Part shown: in pieces, positions 1 through 29,749 of the stretch
How the letters are laid out: every line of letters begins with the position of its first letter
How positions within the stretch are numbered: the first letter of the stretch is position 1
Assembly: GCA_012295275.1 (NCBI GenBank)
Contig: CM022678.1
Span: forward strand, 18,476,001-18,540,000
DNA length: 64,000 nucleotides
Origin: Chrysomallon squamiferum
Lineage: Eukaryota > Animalia > Mollusca
Direction: 5' to 3'
Translations under genes and position numbers: made by a program
Notes under the pieces: model-generated
Told to the model about the DNA's origin: nothing
Databases searched by the model: none
Seen by the model: the letters and a program-made list of their open reading frames with translations, nothing else

Positions 1-803
1 ACATATCTGAAGTATTGCATGGGTACCTAAGTTATCTTATTAACTTCGTAAGTATATATATACAATTAAACATTTATACGATAACAGTGGAGAGAAAAAA
101 AAAATAGAGTCGCAAAGAATAAATAAATATTCTTGTCATGTTAGATATAAATAAAAAAAATTGCCTACGCTAAGATCAGGGCTATGAATCAAAGTACTCT
201 GAGCAGGGGCTTGTAAATCTGATACTCAACAAACTCGATGTTCCCACACAGCAAACAAAAATAACGACGACGAGTTCGCGTTACCGTGAACCGCTTGAAA
301 TCGTGACAAGGAAATCTTCTTGACCCTAACGGCGTCGAATGACCCCGAGTCGTTATCTTAAAGCAGACGTCGAGCTGTGCATGTCATTACGTAGTAAATA
401 TGATACACACCTACCCTTTGTTTTGTTTTGTTTCGTTAGATATGCAGTTGTCTGTGTATGTGTGGACATATCTACATGTACATATCTTTTATTTTTATCA
501 GTTTAATGTATGCATGAAGATATACATACGAATATCTATTTATCTAACTGCCTTTATATGTGTATTTAAAATATGTACTGTATATGAAATATATATATAT
601 ATATATATATATTACGAAATTACTTTCAAGCAATCGACATGACATTAATAATTTATAGCTTACCTGTACAGGTGTGTTATTGCCTGTATCTTATAGGTAT
701 AATCTTCTTTATTAATTTAGGGTTATGATTATTAAAAGATCAAAGGTACTTTGTGCAGAATATATTATTATTATTATTATTATTATTATTAGTTCAAGGT
801 GAT

Positions 804-839
<36 letters not shown>

Positions 840-856
840 TATATATATATATATAT

Positions 857-898
<42 letters not shown>

Positions 899-2277
899 CA
901 GGTATACACACAATAATAATAATAAAAATAATGATGATGATGAAGATGATGATAATGATAATAATAACATGAATTACAGTAGCAACAACAACAACAACAG
1001 CAGCAATAGCAACAACATCAGTTACACTAATAATCAATGAATACAGGAATGTCTGTGTATCTGTATGTGTGTATGTGAATGTGTAACTGTATCTTTTTTT
1101 TTTTTTTTATGTTATACTTTTGTATGTATAATTTATTCTTAAAGACGAGTGTATGAGTGTGTGTACATAATCGTTATTACAATTTCATATATACACAGAC
1201 ACATAATTGCTCATTTCAAATGCCAGCAAATCACCACTCATTCTCTGTTCTCTGTGTCTACGCTCTTCTTCTGTCTCGAATAAACTTTTATTGTGCACTG
1301 GTGAATTACTGACTGAAAGAATATTTAGTTAAGGACACCTGAACGTTTTTTTTGACAAGTGTCAGATAAAATGATTGTTTGTTGCTCTGTCGTCAGGTAC
1401 AATAGTTTGTATAAGTACGTTTTATCTGAGATAACACGACAAGCAGATAGCTTCAGGATCAAACCCCGGCGAATTGTTTCGCCTTTCTGATTCGTTCTGA
1501 TAGTTCTGTATATAGAAAATACAGCATGATGTACCTGTATTTTGTCCATCAGTCAGTCTCTTTATCTATCTGTCTCTTTGTATGTCTGTCTGTCTGTCTG
1601 TTTGTCTATTTATCTAGTGTAGATTATTAAAAGGTATTATTTCAAAATATGCACTTTCGAAAATGTGACGTCATTCGTGTTTTTCGTCTCTGTATTCATG
1701 TTGCAAAATAGTCTTCCAACAAATAAAGCTTAATGGAAAATTATATAGTGGGTTCTTTTTTTTTTTTTAAGAAATATTCAACCACACCTTAAATTAATGT
1801 CACTCTTAATATTGTCACTGAATAATGAGGTAATTTCTGTTTGGTTTTGCGTCATAAAATTCCTGTATTTCTACGCACTGTTATGCAAATGAGGCCGGTC
1901 GCGGCGTAGGAATACAAACCCTGGGGGGTATTTATCCAAATGAAATCTTCGATTTTTCCATCAGGCATTGGCACTGGATGTTTTGAAGTGAAGTCATAAT
2001 TATTATCGATTATTCCATGTTGATGTCGCTCGTTTTCCTAATGAACTGGCTTACGTCATTACACGTTACGACAGAACGGTAAACAACTATAAATTACGCT
2101 GATGGTAATCTGTAAGGTTTCGGTACTGGTTTATTACCACCTGCGAGATGTAGATATAATCTTTTTATTTACTAAGTCAGGATGATCAGTATGAAATAGA
2201 TAAAAAGGCAAACTGTTTTCTGAAAGTTTTACTTCTTTTATAATTTCCATAAAAGAAATAATAAGTAAACAAACAAA

Positions 2278-2324
<47 letters not shown>

Positions 2325-2403
2325 ACGAAAGAAAAATAGAAAGAACAAAAACAACAGTAATCGTTGTTATTTTGATGACTACAACAGTTTCTGCTGGTAA
2401 TAT

Positions 2404-2497
<94 letters not shown>

Positions 2498-3539
2498 GCT
2501 GCTACTACTACTACTACTACTACCACTACTATTACAGTCATCACACCACCACCACTACTACCACTACTACAGCTTTTACTAATCCTACTACTACTAGAAC
2601 TCTTTCTTCTGTTATTCGTCTCCGACACAAACGTGTTAAAGTATTATTCGCATTCATAGAAGCAAAAATCGCCGTGAATGAACAGGCCTTTATTAAATCC
2701 TGAATTTCACAGTGAACTCCACACAACCCGTGCAACTGAATCACAGCCAACTAACCAGCGACAACAATAAACGTTTATTTCAGCTGTTGTGTATTGGGTG
2801 GGTTTTTTTTTTCTTCATATAACGAATCGAATTACTTATAGTTTGGTTTAGTATTATATCATTCGGTTGTAATCACAAGGTCCTCACCTCCACCACACCC
2901 CCCTTTACACGAACCACCCCGCCGCCGACATTCCAGTCATCACCAACGACATACAAAAAGAAAACACCGAGACAAGCGTGCCTAGCAACCGTCGTTAGGT
3001 GGTACTCGAATCAAGAATAATGTGGCTTTCGTAACTGTGTTGGTTTGCTTATTACAAGAGTTGCAGTGTCAATAATAATTTTTTCTCTTTCTCTTCTCTT
3101 CTTTTTTTTTCTCTTTTCTTCTCTCTTTCTTTCTTTACGCATTATTATTATTATTATTATTTTCTTTTTTTCTGTTGATCGCTACAAAATTATAATTATT
3201 GTCCTTATTAAAATTACTTCTTACACTTACAAATACATACATGCTTATATGCACATACACACACATGCAGGTGCGTACATACACATATATACTTGCAAAC
3301 ACGCACATATATATATATATATACGTTTGTAGATCGGTAGAGACACATAGTCAAACAGACACAAATACCTACATACCTTTCTAACTCCCACTTAGATAAA
3401 CACATACACTCTAGGCACCACGGTTAGCTAATCACGTAGTCTTTTTGACTGGCAAATTAAACACAAATCGTTTCCTTTCTATGACTATGTGTTTATTTTT
3501 TGTTGATGTTTTTTTAATCTGTCTGTCTGTCTATGTATG

Positions 3540-3612
<73 letters not shown>

Positions 3613-3922
3613 GTCTATCTATCTAACTATCTAGCTATCTCTCTATCTGTCTACATCTCTATCTCTTTGTCTGTCTGTGTCTCTGTCTGTCTCTATAACC
3701 TCTCTATTTGTATATGTTAGTCAACTTACCTATCTGTGTAAGTATGTTTGTGTATGTACCTAAGTGTGTCTGTGTGTGTATCTAAGTATGTCTGTATGTG
3801 TATCTAAGTGTGTCTCTGTATGTATCTATGTGTGTGTCTGTGTATCTAAGTGTGTGTATGTGTGTATAAGTGTGTTTATGTGTGTTTCAGTTCTAAATCA
3901 CTAAACTGATATTTTCTCGTAG

Positions 3923-8916
<4,994 letters not shown>

Positions 8917-9395
8917 AAATACCTCTAATTCTCCTCTGATCACTATTATCATTCCTTTATCATCCTGCACCGAAGTTTTCAAACCAGGGGCGCCAACGAA
9001 CTCCATTTTGACACACAGGAAGTCTTGACAAGAGATTTGTGCGAGCATGCGCAGTTAAAACATCCTCTTTCTATTTGTTGTATCACATCATTGACAAGAA
9101 ATATACGGACAAAACAGTTCTTGTTATAATTTATATCAGTAAAATGAAAAGAAGCTGGTGACTGGTTGAATTTTTTAACCAATGACCGTTCTCAAAACAT
9201 TTTGAGTGAAATTAGATGATAGTTATTATGATAGTTGTTATTTTTCATATATTTGTTTCTACTTCGAAAATAAATGATATATATAAATAAATAATAATAT
9301 TTCAAGATATGAAAACACATTAAAATAAGATTGTAAGTATAAAAAAAAAAAAAAGTAAATAAATAAGTAAATAAATAAATAAATAAAATAAATAA

Positions 9396-9442
<47 letters not shown>

Positions 9443-9775
9443 ATTTATAATAAATAAATGAAACCAGCATGTCATTCCATGTTTTAAGGAAGAATCAAAT
9501 AATTACACTGATTTAAGAATAAAAGTAAGAAATATAAAATACAGAATTTTTCCCTAGCATATTTATGTTTGGTTAAGAGAATTAAAAAAAAAAAAAAAAA
9601 AGAAAAGATAAAAGAATTTTTTTTTTTTATAATTATGTACACATAAGAGGTTCATTATCATACTAGTTTTACCATACCAGCTGAACAATGAAGCTGTACG
9701 CAAATAGAAAATATATTTTATTATCTTTTTTATTTTTCCTTTTTTTATTCTCCATTATTATTATTATTATTATTA

Positions 9776-9808
<33 letters not shown>

Positions 9809-10355
9809 TGGACACAGATGAAAAGTTTGCACAAGTTTGATTAAAAAAATATATATTTATTTTATTTATTCTAGATTAGGTATTTTATAAATGATGTGTG
9901 CACGAGTGGTTTAAACAAAAGTCTATCATTTTTTACTTTTTCACTGAAGACTTCAGGCAGTTCCTTAATTTTTTTTGTATTTTCCACCATAAATGACTGA
10001 CGCTCCGGAGACAAATGCGTCACAGACATTTGCCCCTTTTACGCACCGCTAGTATTACCGAATTTATTAATATTATTACGTCATAATAGCTTCCACATTG
10101 TCAGCATTGTTAATCTTCTGCAGCAGTATTGTAACGATAGTAACAAAAGTATTCCAAAAATAGTAACGCCGATATTCTATTATAAGTAAAAAAAAGAGTA
10201 TTCTATAAATAGCAACAACAGTATTCTATAATTAGTAGTCACAATATTAAAAGTTAGTAAAAACAGTATTAATTTTAGTTTTTAAAACAACAACTATGCT
10301 ATGTTAACAAGCTTTTGTAGAATTTTTGTACTTACTTTACCAATGCATATTATTA

Positions 10356-10417
<62 letters not shown>

Positions 10418-10743
10418 GCTTAGATATTAAGGTTACCTTGCACTTTAAAACCATTACATTTCACTGTGATATAAAAATTATTGTTCAGAACACTTCGGTT
10501 CATTTCTTGCTATATTTACGGATTTTATCGAATAGTTACGAACGATATTTTGTTTTATTGTATTGCTCATTATATTCCGTCCTAGAGGTTTCAATATGTT
10601 GTATAATATTTTTTTATATATATATATATATGTATATAAACAGTGATATGAAAATTTACTTTTATTCTAAAACTAACATTTCTCCAACATTCAGACTAAA
10701 ATACAAGTTTATTATATATTTTTAAGTTAATTATAAATAGTTA

Positions 10744-10779
<36 letters not shown>

Positions 10780-11440
10780 GTACATATAGAGATACATACA
10801 CACGGACATTCTAGAAAACATTTTTCTTGTTGATACATATATACATATATATGTATTAATAAAACGTATATGTAATATTTTTTATTCTTAATTTAGACAT
10901 TCTGCCAACCCATGACTTCATACTTTAAAGTAGTATGTAAAGAAATAAAATAAAATAAAATAAAATAAAATAAAATAAAATAAAATAAAATAAAATAAAA
11001 TAAATTTCTGCTTTAAACTGTATTTTCTAAAATCTCTTTCGTTTACCTGTGTGACAGGCTGTCAGGAATATTCAAGTATTTACTCAAATCTCTGAACAAA
11101 GATTAAATCTTTTGTATCAGATACCAACAACATTTAATATCAGAAAATGATTATACACGTACGAGAAACAATTTTATAACTGTTTCATTACAGAGTGTAA
11201 TGTTAGTTATTTTAGAATATAACAGTATTTTTATATAGTTATTTACCGTTATGCACAATATGGCGAATTTATTATTTTATTATTATTTATTTTTTTGAAT
11301 AAATAAATAAATAAATAAATAAATAATAACAAAATGTAAATTTCAAAATAAAAAATGTATGATCATTTGGCAATATAGAATATAAATAAACAATTTATCT
11401 CTATGATATATATTTTTTCTTTTCAATTGGTCAGTTAAAA

Positions 11441-11485
<45 letters not shown>

Positions 11486-11498
11486 GATTATGATTATG

Positions 11499-11537
<39 letters not shown>

Positions 11538-12032
11538 GTTATTATTATTATTATTACTATTGTTAAACTCACAATACTTAGTATTACATACTCAAGACTA
11601 TATTTATACGTCATCCGTTGTTATAGTAACAGTGCTGCCAAATTTTCTTTTCTTGTTATTTTGTAATAAAAAAAGTAAATAAATACCAGATTCGTATCAC
11701 AATATATTTTTGTTGTTGTTAAAGTTGTCGCTGTTGCTGTTATTGTCGTTGTTCTTCTTGTTGCTGCCGCTTTTTTGAATGTTTGTATTTTATACCAGTT
11801 TTCTATACTTACTTCACTTTTTATAAAGATAGAAAGTGAAGGATTATTCAAATATTTGTTTTTTGAAAACCAACTTTATTAAAACAAAATCTGGCATAAT
11901 AACGCTTTCTTAAAATAATGGGATATTATTAATAATGTATTCTTCTTATTTACCTGTCTGTCTGTCTATCTATCTATCTATATGTTTGAGACAAACAAAG
12001 AGCGAGATACGGTAACAAAGATATGTACAAAC

Positions 12033-12445
<413 letters not shown>

Positions 12446-12658
12446 TCTTTAAACGCACATTTTATTCATTCAAGTCTTTAAATCTCGACTTGGTGTATGA
12501 GACAGAAAAATAAAAGTTAAAATAATAATAAAAATAAAGAAACCTAAAAACTAAAATAAAGTAATAATAAAATAAAATAAACAATGAAAAAAAAATCAGT
12601 AATGATTATTGCTACTACTTCTACTACTACTACTATTACTGCTAGCACTACTACTACA

Positions 12659-12724
<66 letters not shown>

Positions 12725-13687
12725 AAGAAGAAGAAAGAAGAAGAAGAAGAAAAATGTAAAGAAATACAATCAAATCATAGAGGAGACTGAGCTGAGTTTA
12801 ATTATTAAATTGTCATAAGACAATGATTAATTTTTTGTTAACATGAGAAATGGTCGATTAGGTTCAGTGTGTGGAAAGATAACTCAAGTTTGTTCATGTT
12901 TAGCCTGAAAGAGTTACGTCCCATGGATTATATCACACTGAATTAGATCTTTCAAGTGGTTTTGTATGAGAAAAAAATATATATACGTGGTATAAATTAT
13001 GGAAAGGTTGTGATAGTATTAGTATATTATTAACAGTAGTATAGTAGTACTATTATAAGAGTAGTAATCTAGTAATAGTCAGTATGGAACTAATAGTCAC
13101 TATGTTATTTTACTTTTGCTGTTAATCAAAGACAGAGAGTTTCCTATCTAGATAATCGTTATGTAAACCGCAGAATTTTATTTGGTCTCATTATTTTGAA
13201 CAATAAATAAATAAATAAAAAATATATCTAGCTATAATAAAAGTGAAAAAATACAAATAACAATTATTAAAAAAACAACAATAATAATACAAAAATAAAC
13301 TAACGTTACCTTGTGCCTTTAATATTATTATTATCATTATCATCATCGTCGTCATCATCGTTATCACCATCATCGTTATAATTATTATAATCACATTACA
13401 GATCGTTTCTGTAAGTCAAATCCTATAATCGTACCTTTAACCACGCCCACTTCAGATCTGGTATGTGCACGGACACGCTTGGAGTCTCTATTTCCCGCTG
13501 ATTAACAGACCCCTTAGTAACCAAGGTTTCCGACAGCCTGGTTAACGAGACCCGCCGAAGGTGAAGGTCGCCTTCATGGTAAACAAAAGCTATCAATGGA
13601 AAGAAATCGGGACTTGAAGTAACTCATCGGAACGATACTGAACCAGACTGTGAGCGTCGAAACAGGAAAAGTGTTAGACAGACAATC

Positions 13688-18267
<4,580 letters not shown>

Positions 18268-18507
18268 CAAAGACAGAAAGAATGCTTTGTGGTGTCGTGA
18301 CATACCATCAAGTGCGACAAACAAGACATACAGAATTCATCACGTTTCACTGATCTCACCTTTTTAAAAATCATGTCGCAATATTTGTCGTTTGTAATGA
18401 AGAACTGATTTATTGTTTGTCATCGAAGTACAGATTACATTGTTACTTTTTGTGTCATTCATACTGCATTTTATATAATTAAAATATGTTGAGTAACCTT
18501 TGCTAAT

Positions 18508-18513
18508 AATAAA
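18508..18513 (+). terminator. Candidate polyadenylation signal of the calmodulin-like gene
   Basis: AATAAA ~240 nt after the stop, followed by T-rich sequence. Confidence 0.45.
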
Positions 18514-18717
18514 GAGTATAGTAAGAAAAACGTTTTAATAGGTTTGAAGGTTTTTATTTTTCGTTTTTTTTTTTTTTTACTCGGAGATATTTTGGCAGTG
18601 AAATGTTAAGGTAAACAAAATCCGTTATAAATCAAACGACAGTAAGAAAAAACAACAACAATAAACAAATAATAATAATAAAAAAAAAAAAAAAAAAAAT
18701 AAAAAAAAATAATGAAA

Positions 18718-18764
<47 letters not shown>

Positions 18765-19214
18765 AAATAAAAAAAATTAAAATAAATAAAAAGAAGAAGA
18801 GAAGGAATGATCTGAACAGACTGGGTAAATATCGTTCGTTAGATACTTGTAGCTTCAACCTTTGAGGACTTTTTTTAACCAGTCAGATCTTTTCATGACA
18901 TCATGACATGAATGAAATGACATCACAATGTACATCATAATACGTTTCTCATTTTGTGGTCATGATTCATTGTTGGCGCAGGTAGATGTGAAACGAATAA
19001 AACAACAGTTGGAAGTAAATGAAATGTACTCGCAATTATAATCTTAATCTTTTAGCGGTGACGTCGCTATTTGTGGACTGATTTTCTTAAACGTTTTTAG
19101 CTGTGTTTTTGAAACTAACAGTAAATATATTCTAAACCGATAATTATTCATTAATTAGACATAGTATTTAAAATTATTTGTATATGCATATATATGTAAA
19201 CGATTTACTGGTAT

Positions 19215-19300
<86 letters not shown>

Positions 19301-19954
19301 TTTAATAAAGACCATATTTATTTAGACTAATATTTACTCTCTATCATTTCAATATTATTATTCTAACTTGAACAGTAAACCTAGTCCCATTTCAAATTTT
19401 TAACACTAGACTGGTTGTCTCCAATTTATTACACGTACCATTAGATTAGACCAGTTTTTTAATCGTATTGTAAATCGCGGAATAAACATAGGACTTGTTA
19501 GACGTGCTTCACAACAGCTTACACTGATTAGCTCGTTAACCTTTTTCAGTTTCAATAGGACTTGTTAGGCATAATTTCATTCTGCACCAGTCATAAATAA
19601 ATTCAGTAATTACAAAAATGTTAGGCTTGAGTTTTGCAGTGAAATCTACTAACAGCATGATATGTTAACAATGTTCTTCTAAGTTAAACCTAGGAGTTGG
19701 TACCGAGATATACTCAGAATGTTGCATTTTATTAAACATCTAAATGTATTGTGTTTTAATATTTCAGTTATAAAGTCCATGTTTGCTTAGTTAACATCCT
19801 TTTTTTTTTTTTTTTTTTAAGAAAGAACACAGTTAACCCAAATAATACTTTTATTTCCATTTTTTCTTGCAAATGTGTTTGTTTGTTACTGTTTTATTTT
19901 TATTTCCCTGTATGTAAGGTAGAATTAGTTAATTTTTTGCTTTTATATCTTTCA

Positions 19955-19991
<37 letters not shown>

Positions 19992-20297
19992 TTATTACTA
20001 TATTTTGCTGCATGTTTTATGTTTTATTTACTGTTAAAAACTTTTCTTTTTTTTGCATTTTAGTATGATCTGAATTAACGAGATAATGTTTCGTAACTTT
20101 ATGTTATTAAAATGTTGATAAACAGCTTACGGTTATTTTGTTGTTTTATATCTTTTTGTCTCTCTCTGTCTCTCTGTATGTATGTCTGTCTGTCTGTCTC
20201 TCTGTCTATCTATCTATCTACCTTTCTACCTACCTACCTGCACAGCTATCTGTCTGTCTGCCTATCTTTTAGATTATACACTTAGATAGATAGATCG

Positions 20298-20491
20298 ATT
20301 GATAGATCGATATTTGGCTATCCATATATATATATATATATTTCTCAATAATTTCTAATTTCTGTGTTAACTATAAAATACTAGCTAAAATACTAGCTAA
20401 TAATTGATAGATCGATATATGGCTATCCATTTATATATATATATATTTCTGAATAATTTATAATTTCTGTGTTAACTATAAAATACTAGCA
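20298..20491. repeat. ~105-bp tandem duplication, intergenic
   Basis: Two copies of ATTGATAGATCGATAT.TGGCTATCCAT(AT)nTTTCT...TTTCTGTGTTAACTATAAAATACTAGC. Confidence 0.85.
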
Positions 20492-22215
20492 ATATCAAAT
20501 GATAAACTTATTTATTTATTTATTTACAAAGCCTAGCTGTGGCTTCCACTCTGATTCTTTATCACACAGAAATTATTCATCTTAGATCGCACACGCGCAC
20601 CTTTCTTGTACTTCGTAAAACAGCATTTATCCATTGTTCTTTCGTGCATTTTCATTCATTCTTTTATTCATTCGTCAGTCTATTTATTTTTTCTTCTTTC
20701 ATCCTTTCATTTCATTCTCGTCTTCGTTCTTCTTCATTTATTATTAACTTTTTATTATTATTTAATTATTCATTATTTTATTTAGCTTGTGATGATTAAT
20801 ATAATTTATTTAGTACTATCGTTATCGTCATCAGCATGTCATTACTACTACTACTGTTAGTCATAGTTTATATGTGTAGATAATCACATCTACGTCATTA
20901 ATTAACGTAACAAGCTATTAAACACTTATCTGACTCAGAGTCAGTTAACAATTTTCACGTGACTCGGAAAATACTTATTAATTCGTTTATTGCCGTACTT
21001 GGTTTTTTTTTTTTTGCCATTTTGTGTTTGTAAATCTCATAAATCGTTTTCAGTTCTGCTTGCAGTGTTATCATCTGACACGGACTTATTTACCCTTTCT
21101 GAGTTTCCACGTACACACACGTTGTCTGTAATTATAACAGTCTCATGCAATCTCCTGTTTTGTTGTTGAAGTGGTGTTACTGGTAAGGGTTGGAAATGCT
21201 CACGGAATACCCGAAGACGGCTGTTTTTTTTCATTCATTATTTAAAATACATAAATAATTTAGTAAAATATTTTATGGGGGAGTGATATTAAAAACAGAA
21301 AAAAAGAAAGAAAAAAAGAAGATTTAATGTTAATTGGTGGTAATAGAGATATACAGGGAAGACGTTTGAGAAAGAAAGACCGAGAGAGAAAGAATTATAT
21401 GTATTTATACAGATGAAGACTTTAAAAAAGAAAAACGCCACCGAAAGTTCAGCTTTTGACGGCTGTTCAACGCATCATAATCATTTTCCTCAAAATTCTG
21501 TATCTGCCGCTGATCTACGCAGTAGACTACAGACCTTCGTTACATAACACGATAATCTCCAGAGCAGAAATAGTCATTTCTATCAAAACAAAGAAAATGG
21601 ATTTATAGCGTTTTGGAACCAAACTCTTCATATGTATATATGTAGTTTAGGATTTTGAATATTCTCTGTCTTATGTACATCTGATTAGACTCTGCACGTA
21701 GACAATATTCGGGAACGCTCTGGCGCAGGAGGACAAAGTTCAATCAGGACCTCACAAACCCGTCAGATGCCGCTGACGAGACTCGAACGTATGACACCCA
21801 TTCGGCCGCACTCCGAAGACGGACGATGTTACCTTAAAAAAAGTTGCTCAGTAACCCAGGGTAATCATCGCTTCCCACGAAGCACGCAGTTCTTTGTTTT
21901 TCGAAATTCTTGCCTGCATCTATTTTTTTGTGGGAAACCTGGCACTTGGCAAGTATGTATGTATGTAGTGTGTATGTACGTATGTATGTATGAATGTATG
22001 TACGTATGTATGTATGAATGTATGTACGTATGTATGTATGTATGTATGTATGTATGTATGTATGTATGTATGTATGTATGTATGTATGTACGTACGTATG
22101 TATGTATATGTATGTATGTATGTACGTACGTACGTACGTACGAACACACAAACACGCACACATTAATAGGAAAGAAAAAATCCCCAAGAACTATTAAGAA
22201 TAAATAAGAGTTTAT

Positions 22216-25624
<3,409 letters not shown>

Positions 25625-25633
25625 TGGGTGTTG

Positions 25634-25712
25634 CTATGTTACGTTCGGCGTGGGAAGGGAGATAATCGGGCGTTCATTGAAGAGTGAATACGTCTTCATT
25701 TTGACTCTGCAT
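25634..25712 (-). promoter_or_regulatory. Three upstream ORFs in the 5' leader of the CaaX-protein gene
   Basis: uORF1 25712-25674 (MQSQNEDVFTLQ*), uORF2 25699-25634 (MKTYSLFNERPIISLPTPNVT*, in frame with the CDS), uORF3 25677-25639 (MNARLSPFPRRT*). All lie downstream of the inferred acceptor at 25729. Confidence 0.6.
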
Positions 25713-25756
25713 GGTTTCTGATGTCTGTCTGAAATATATTTATAATATTAATATTA

Positions 25757-25803
<47 letters not shown>

Positions 25804-25804
25804 C

Positions 25805-25875
<71 letters not shown>

Positions 25876-26171
25876 GTGTGTATGTATGTGTATAAATGTA
25901 TGTAAATATGTATGCAGTGTTCTTTTTTGTTATTAATGATGAGGCTACTGCAATAAGAAACTAGAACATGAAAATAACGATGATAACGACGACAACAGCA
26001 ACATTATATTCATCAGTATCGTCATCATCATCATCAATGAAGTCAATTTAATGATGAAACAAAAGAATAACAATAAAAATAAAAATAATAATAGTAATCA
26101 TAGTAATAATAATTGTAGCATTAACAGTAGGAGTAGTGGTAGTAGTTGTTGTAGTAGCGGTAATAATAATA

Positions 26172-26216
<45 letters not shown>

Positions 26217-26456
26217 ATGATAATAATAATAATACTAATAATACTAATAATACCAATAATACTAATAATAACATCAATAATAATAACTAAACACGTTAGT
26301 TACCCAACTTTCTAGATACATTGAAAAGAATATCTATCAAATTTTCTCATAATTATTTTATCTAAACCTTTCAAAAATATCTAAGAAAAAAACACTTACC
26401 CCAAATCTTCCATTTTTTTTAAAATATGCATCTACGTAACATTAAATTAAACTCAC

Positions 26457-26582
26457 CTCTCAAAAACTCAAAACCGGTCGAATTCGAGAACAAAAACGAT
26501 CTCCAACTTCTACAGTTATATCCACAAAACCCAGATCTATCCGTTTAACAAACAGGCGTATAATACGACAAACTTTTATATA
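26457..26582 (-). promoter_or_regulatory. Putative TATA box and non-coding first exon of the CaaX-protein gene
   Basis: TATATAAAAG at 26582-26573, then an ATG-free segment ending GAG|GTGAGT at 26457/26456; matching acceptor tttcag at 25729. Confidence 0.55.
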
Positions 26583-27093
26583 CGTTCTAAATACACGTTG
26601 TTGTTTTTTTCCCTGCTAACTATATGTACACACAATATACGTCTGATATGGCAGCAGATTTGGCGAATGTCGTTGATCACGTTTCAGTTGAAACCAGTTC
26701 GCACACAACGACAATTTTTCGCTGACATTTAAACTGCATTATGTCGCCTGTGTCGACCCACTCTGATTGATATCATTAACATACTGATGTAAATACGTAA
26801 AGCTTGTTTCACTTACACTCTCCAATGTTAACCCAGTTTTTGTGGAACGTGTTGCTGTTATTAGAGTTTATATATATCGTATATATATAATTACGTATAT
26901 ATATTTATGTATATAATATACATTACGTATATATGTGTGTATAAATATACGTATGAACAGAAGCTTTGAAACACGTATATAATGATTTATATTAAAGGTT
27001 ATTTAGTACATTTTCTGTAATTATGTGTGTGTGTGTGTTTGTATATCTGTGACCATGTATGTGTGGGTTGGTGCATGTGTGTTTTTGTGTATG

Positions 27094-27155
<62 letters not shown>

Positions 27156-27561
27156 GTGATTATTGAGTGATTACGTGATTATTTTTTAACGTAATAGTTA
27201 CAATTATTTTGGGAGTTTAATTCAATATGATTACAATAAACATTTTTTTTCTTCATACTACGCCTACGGTTACTTCATCTCTTTCATGTGTGTGTGTGTA
27301 TGTGTGTGTGTACGTGTGTGTGTGTGTACATGCATATATCTCTTGTTTTCTTTAGTTTACTATTATTATTAATGTATCTGTGTAATAATAATAATAACAA
27401 CAACAATAATAACAACAATAATATAATAATAATAATAATAATATAATAATGATAATACTAATAATAATAACAGAAGTGCGATATATCATCAACAACTGCA
27501 CCAATAACAATAATAAAACTATGCAGCAGAAAGAACAATACTAATTCCAACAATAACAACA

Positions 27562-27677
<116 letters not shown>

Positions 27678-28697
27678 TGTGTGTGTGTGTGTAAATGCGT
27701 AAAATTACCTTGGTTTTGAATACATTTCATAATCCGTCAAGTTTCTTTTGTCACACATAAACACATCCAGCGTTTCTTCACCTCCAGACCATGTTGACAT
27801 GAACGTGAAAACGAATATCTTTATTTTCTTACCGTCAATCTACGTATTCGCGTAGTTACTTAATCCAACTTGTTGCTACAATAAATCCGAGATATTCCTG
27901 TGACGTATTCCAGCCTCTTGTTACGAATATATCCTCGATAATTCTATGACGTAATTCACTGTTATTAGAATAAGTAAGTATACCCCCGTTAGTAGTATAA
28001 ATCCAAGTTACTCGTATTACTTAATTTTCCCCGTTGTCACAGGTAACAGTAATTAGCACTACAAAATGTCAGCGCGTTCTGTCTAATATAATTCACAAAC
28101 GTGTTGCCGATACAGTACAAGGATATCATTCATAACAAAACAACAACAACAAAAAAAAATCTCCTGTATATAATACTATCACTGTATACAATATTATCTA
28201 CAGATGCAACAGAATTTCTTTTCTATTCTCTCTCTCATTTTTTTTCTTTTTTTAACACGGTCAGACACAATATTAATACTTATTCCACACAACCAGTGTT
28301 AACCCTTTGTATCCGGGACGAGGCTACAATAGAAAACGATTGAGCGAACACAACAAAGACTTGGTGTTTTTTTAACGACGGAGTTATGCGTTTAATGAAA
28401 TTAAACAAACAACGACATCGACTCTGTTATCAGGATTTTGATAAGCTGTGAGTAATAAAATTTCGCTGCTCGTAATTAAGAGTGATTCAATCCACGCCAA
28501 GGTCACAGTAGATTTGTTGTTGTATTGTTATTATTATTATTATTATCTCGTTTTCACTGTGACTAGTGTTAATGCTAAACTCGCTGAGTTAATCTCTACG
28601 CTTGTAATACAAGCCATTTCGTGTTTGTGATTGTATGCGTGTGTGTGTCTTTATCTCTCTCTCTGTGTTAGTGTGTGTACGTTTGTATATTTATATA

Positions 28698-28728
<31 letters not shown>

Positions 28729-28739
28729 ATGTACGTAAC

Positions 28740-28774
<35 letters not shown>

Positions 28775-29252
28775 TGATGTATATTTGAGTATTCATCATT
28801 TTGTTTCGTTTGTGTGTATAGTTCGTGTATTTTGAATATGTGAGTGATATGAATAACCTATGAATTATTTGTATTTATATATGCATGTATGTATGTATGT
28901 ATGTTTGTATGTTTACGTATGCGTGCTTGTGTGTGTGGATGCGTGCTTGTATGTTTATTTATGAATTTGTATATGTATGTATGTGTGTTTATGTGTGTCT
29001 GTATGTGTGTGTGTTTATGTGTCTGTGTTTGTGTTTGTTTGAATTCCCAAGGTAATGCATGCAGATAGGTAAAGTTATCTACATACACATTTATAAATTT
29101 AACAAATTTTGATTGTGTAGAGTGTTAACACCTGTTAATTTTCAAATTTTCTAGATATTATTATTTGTTTGTATTTCTCTAATATGATACTGTTTGGTTA
29201 AACTGAAACTGTGGGTAAATGATTCATCCTCTTTGATACACTACTATTTTAC

Positions 29253-29347
<95 letters not shown>

Positions 29348-29706
29348 GGACAGATTGACTGATTACAGCTATAGACAGCTCTGTTTAATTTGTGTTTTTG
29401 TCAATTACTACATAACTACTTAAATTTCTATAAGGTTAACCAAAGAACTATAAACACTGAAGAAATGAAGACAAAACTTTTTTTTTTCTTTTCAATAATT
29501 TAGTGAAATGTATTTATATATAACAAAGCACACATCATAAAAATATAGAAAAAGCTTACAAAAATATACAGGATTATTTACATTGTAATCTTAAAGATTG
29601 TTCAAATGGATTTGCGAGATTCTTATTTTCCTATAAGTTGATTGTATACTCACACATCAACACTCCTAATAATGTATGTAGGGTTTTTCATGTAAACATC
29701 TAGCAA

Positions 29707-29749
<43 letters not shown>

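Noticed and set aside
180-323. 47-codon open stretch after a CAG (GYESKYSEQGLVNLILNKLDVP...KSS*) that could be a terminal exon of an upstream gene
   Set aside because: No polypyrimidine tract, no recognisable motif, and no upstream context in the window.
2102-2110. ATG|gtaatc as the first coding exon of the acidic EF-hand gene
   Set aside because: The phase fits but the donor is moderate and the true exon could lie outside the window; kept only as a candidate.
21700-21900. GC-richer island with a B-box-like GTTCGAGTC on the minus strand and the ORF starting at 21767
   Set aside because: No cloverleaf or splice support; probably a decayed SINE-like fragment.
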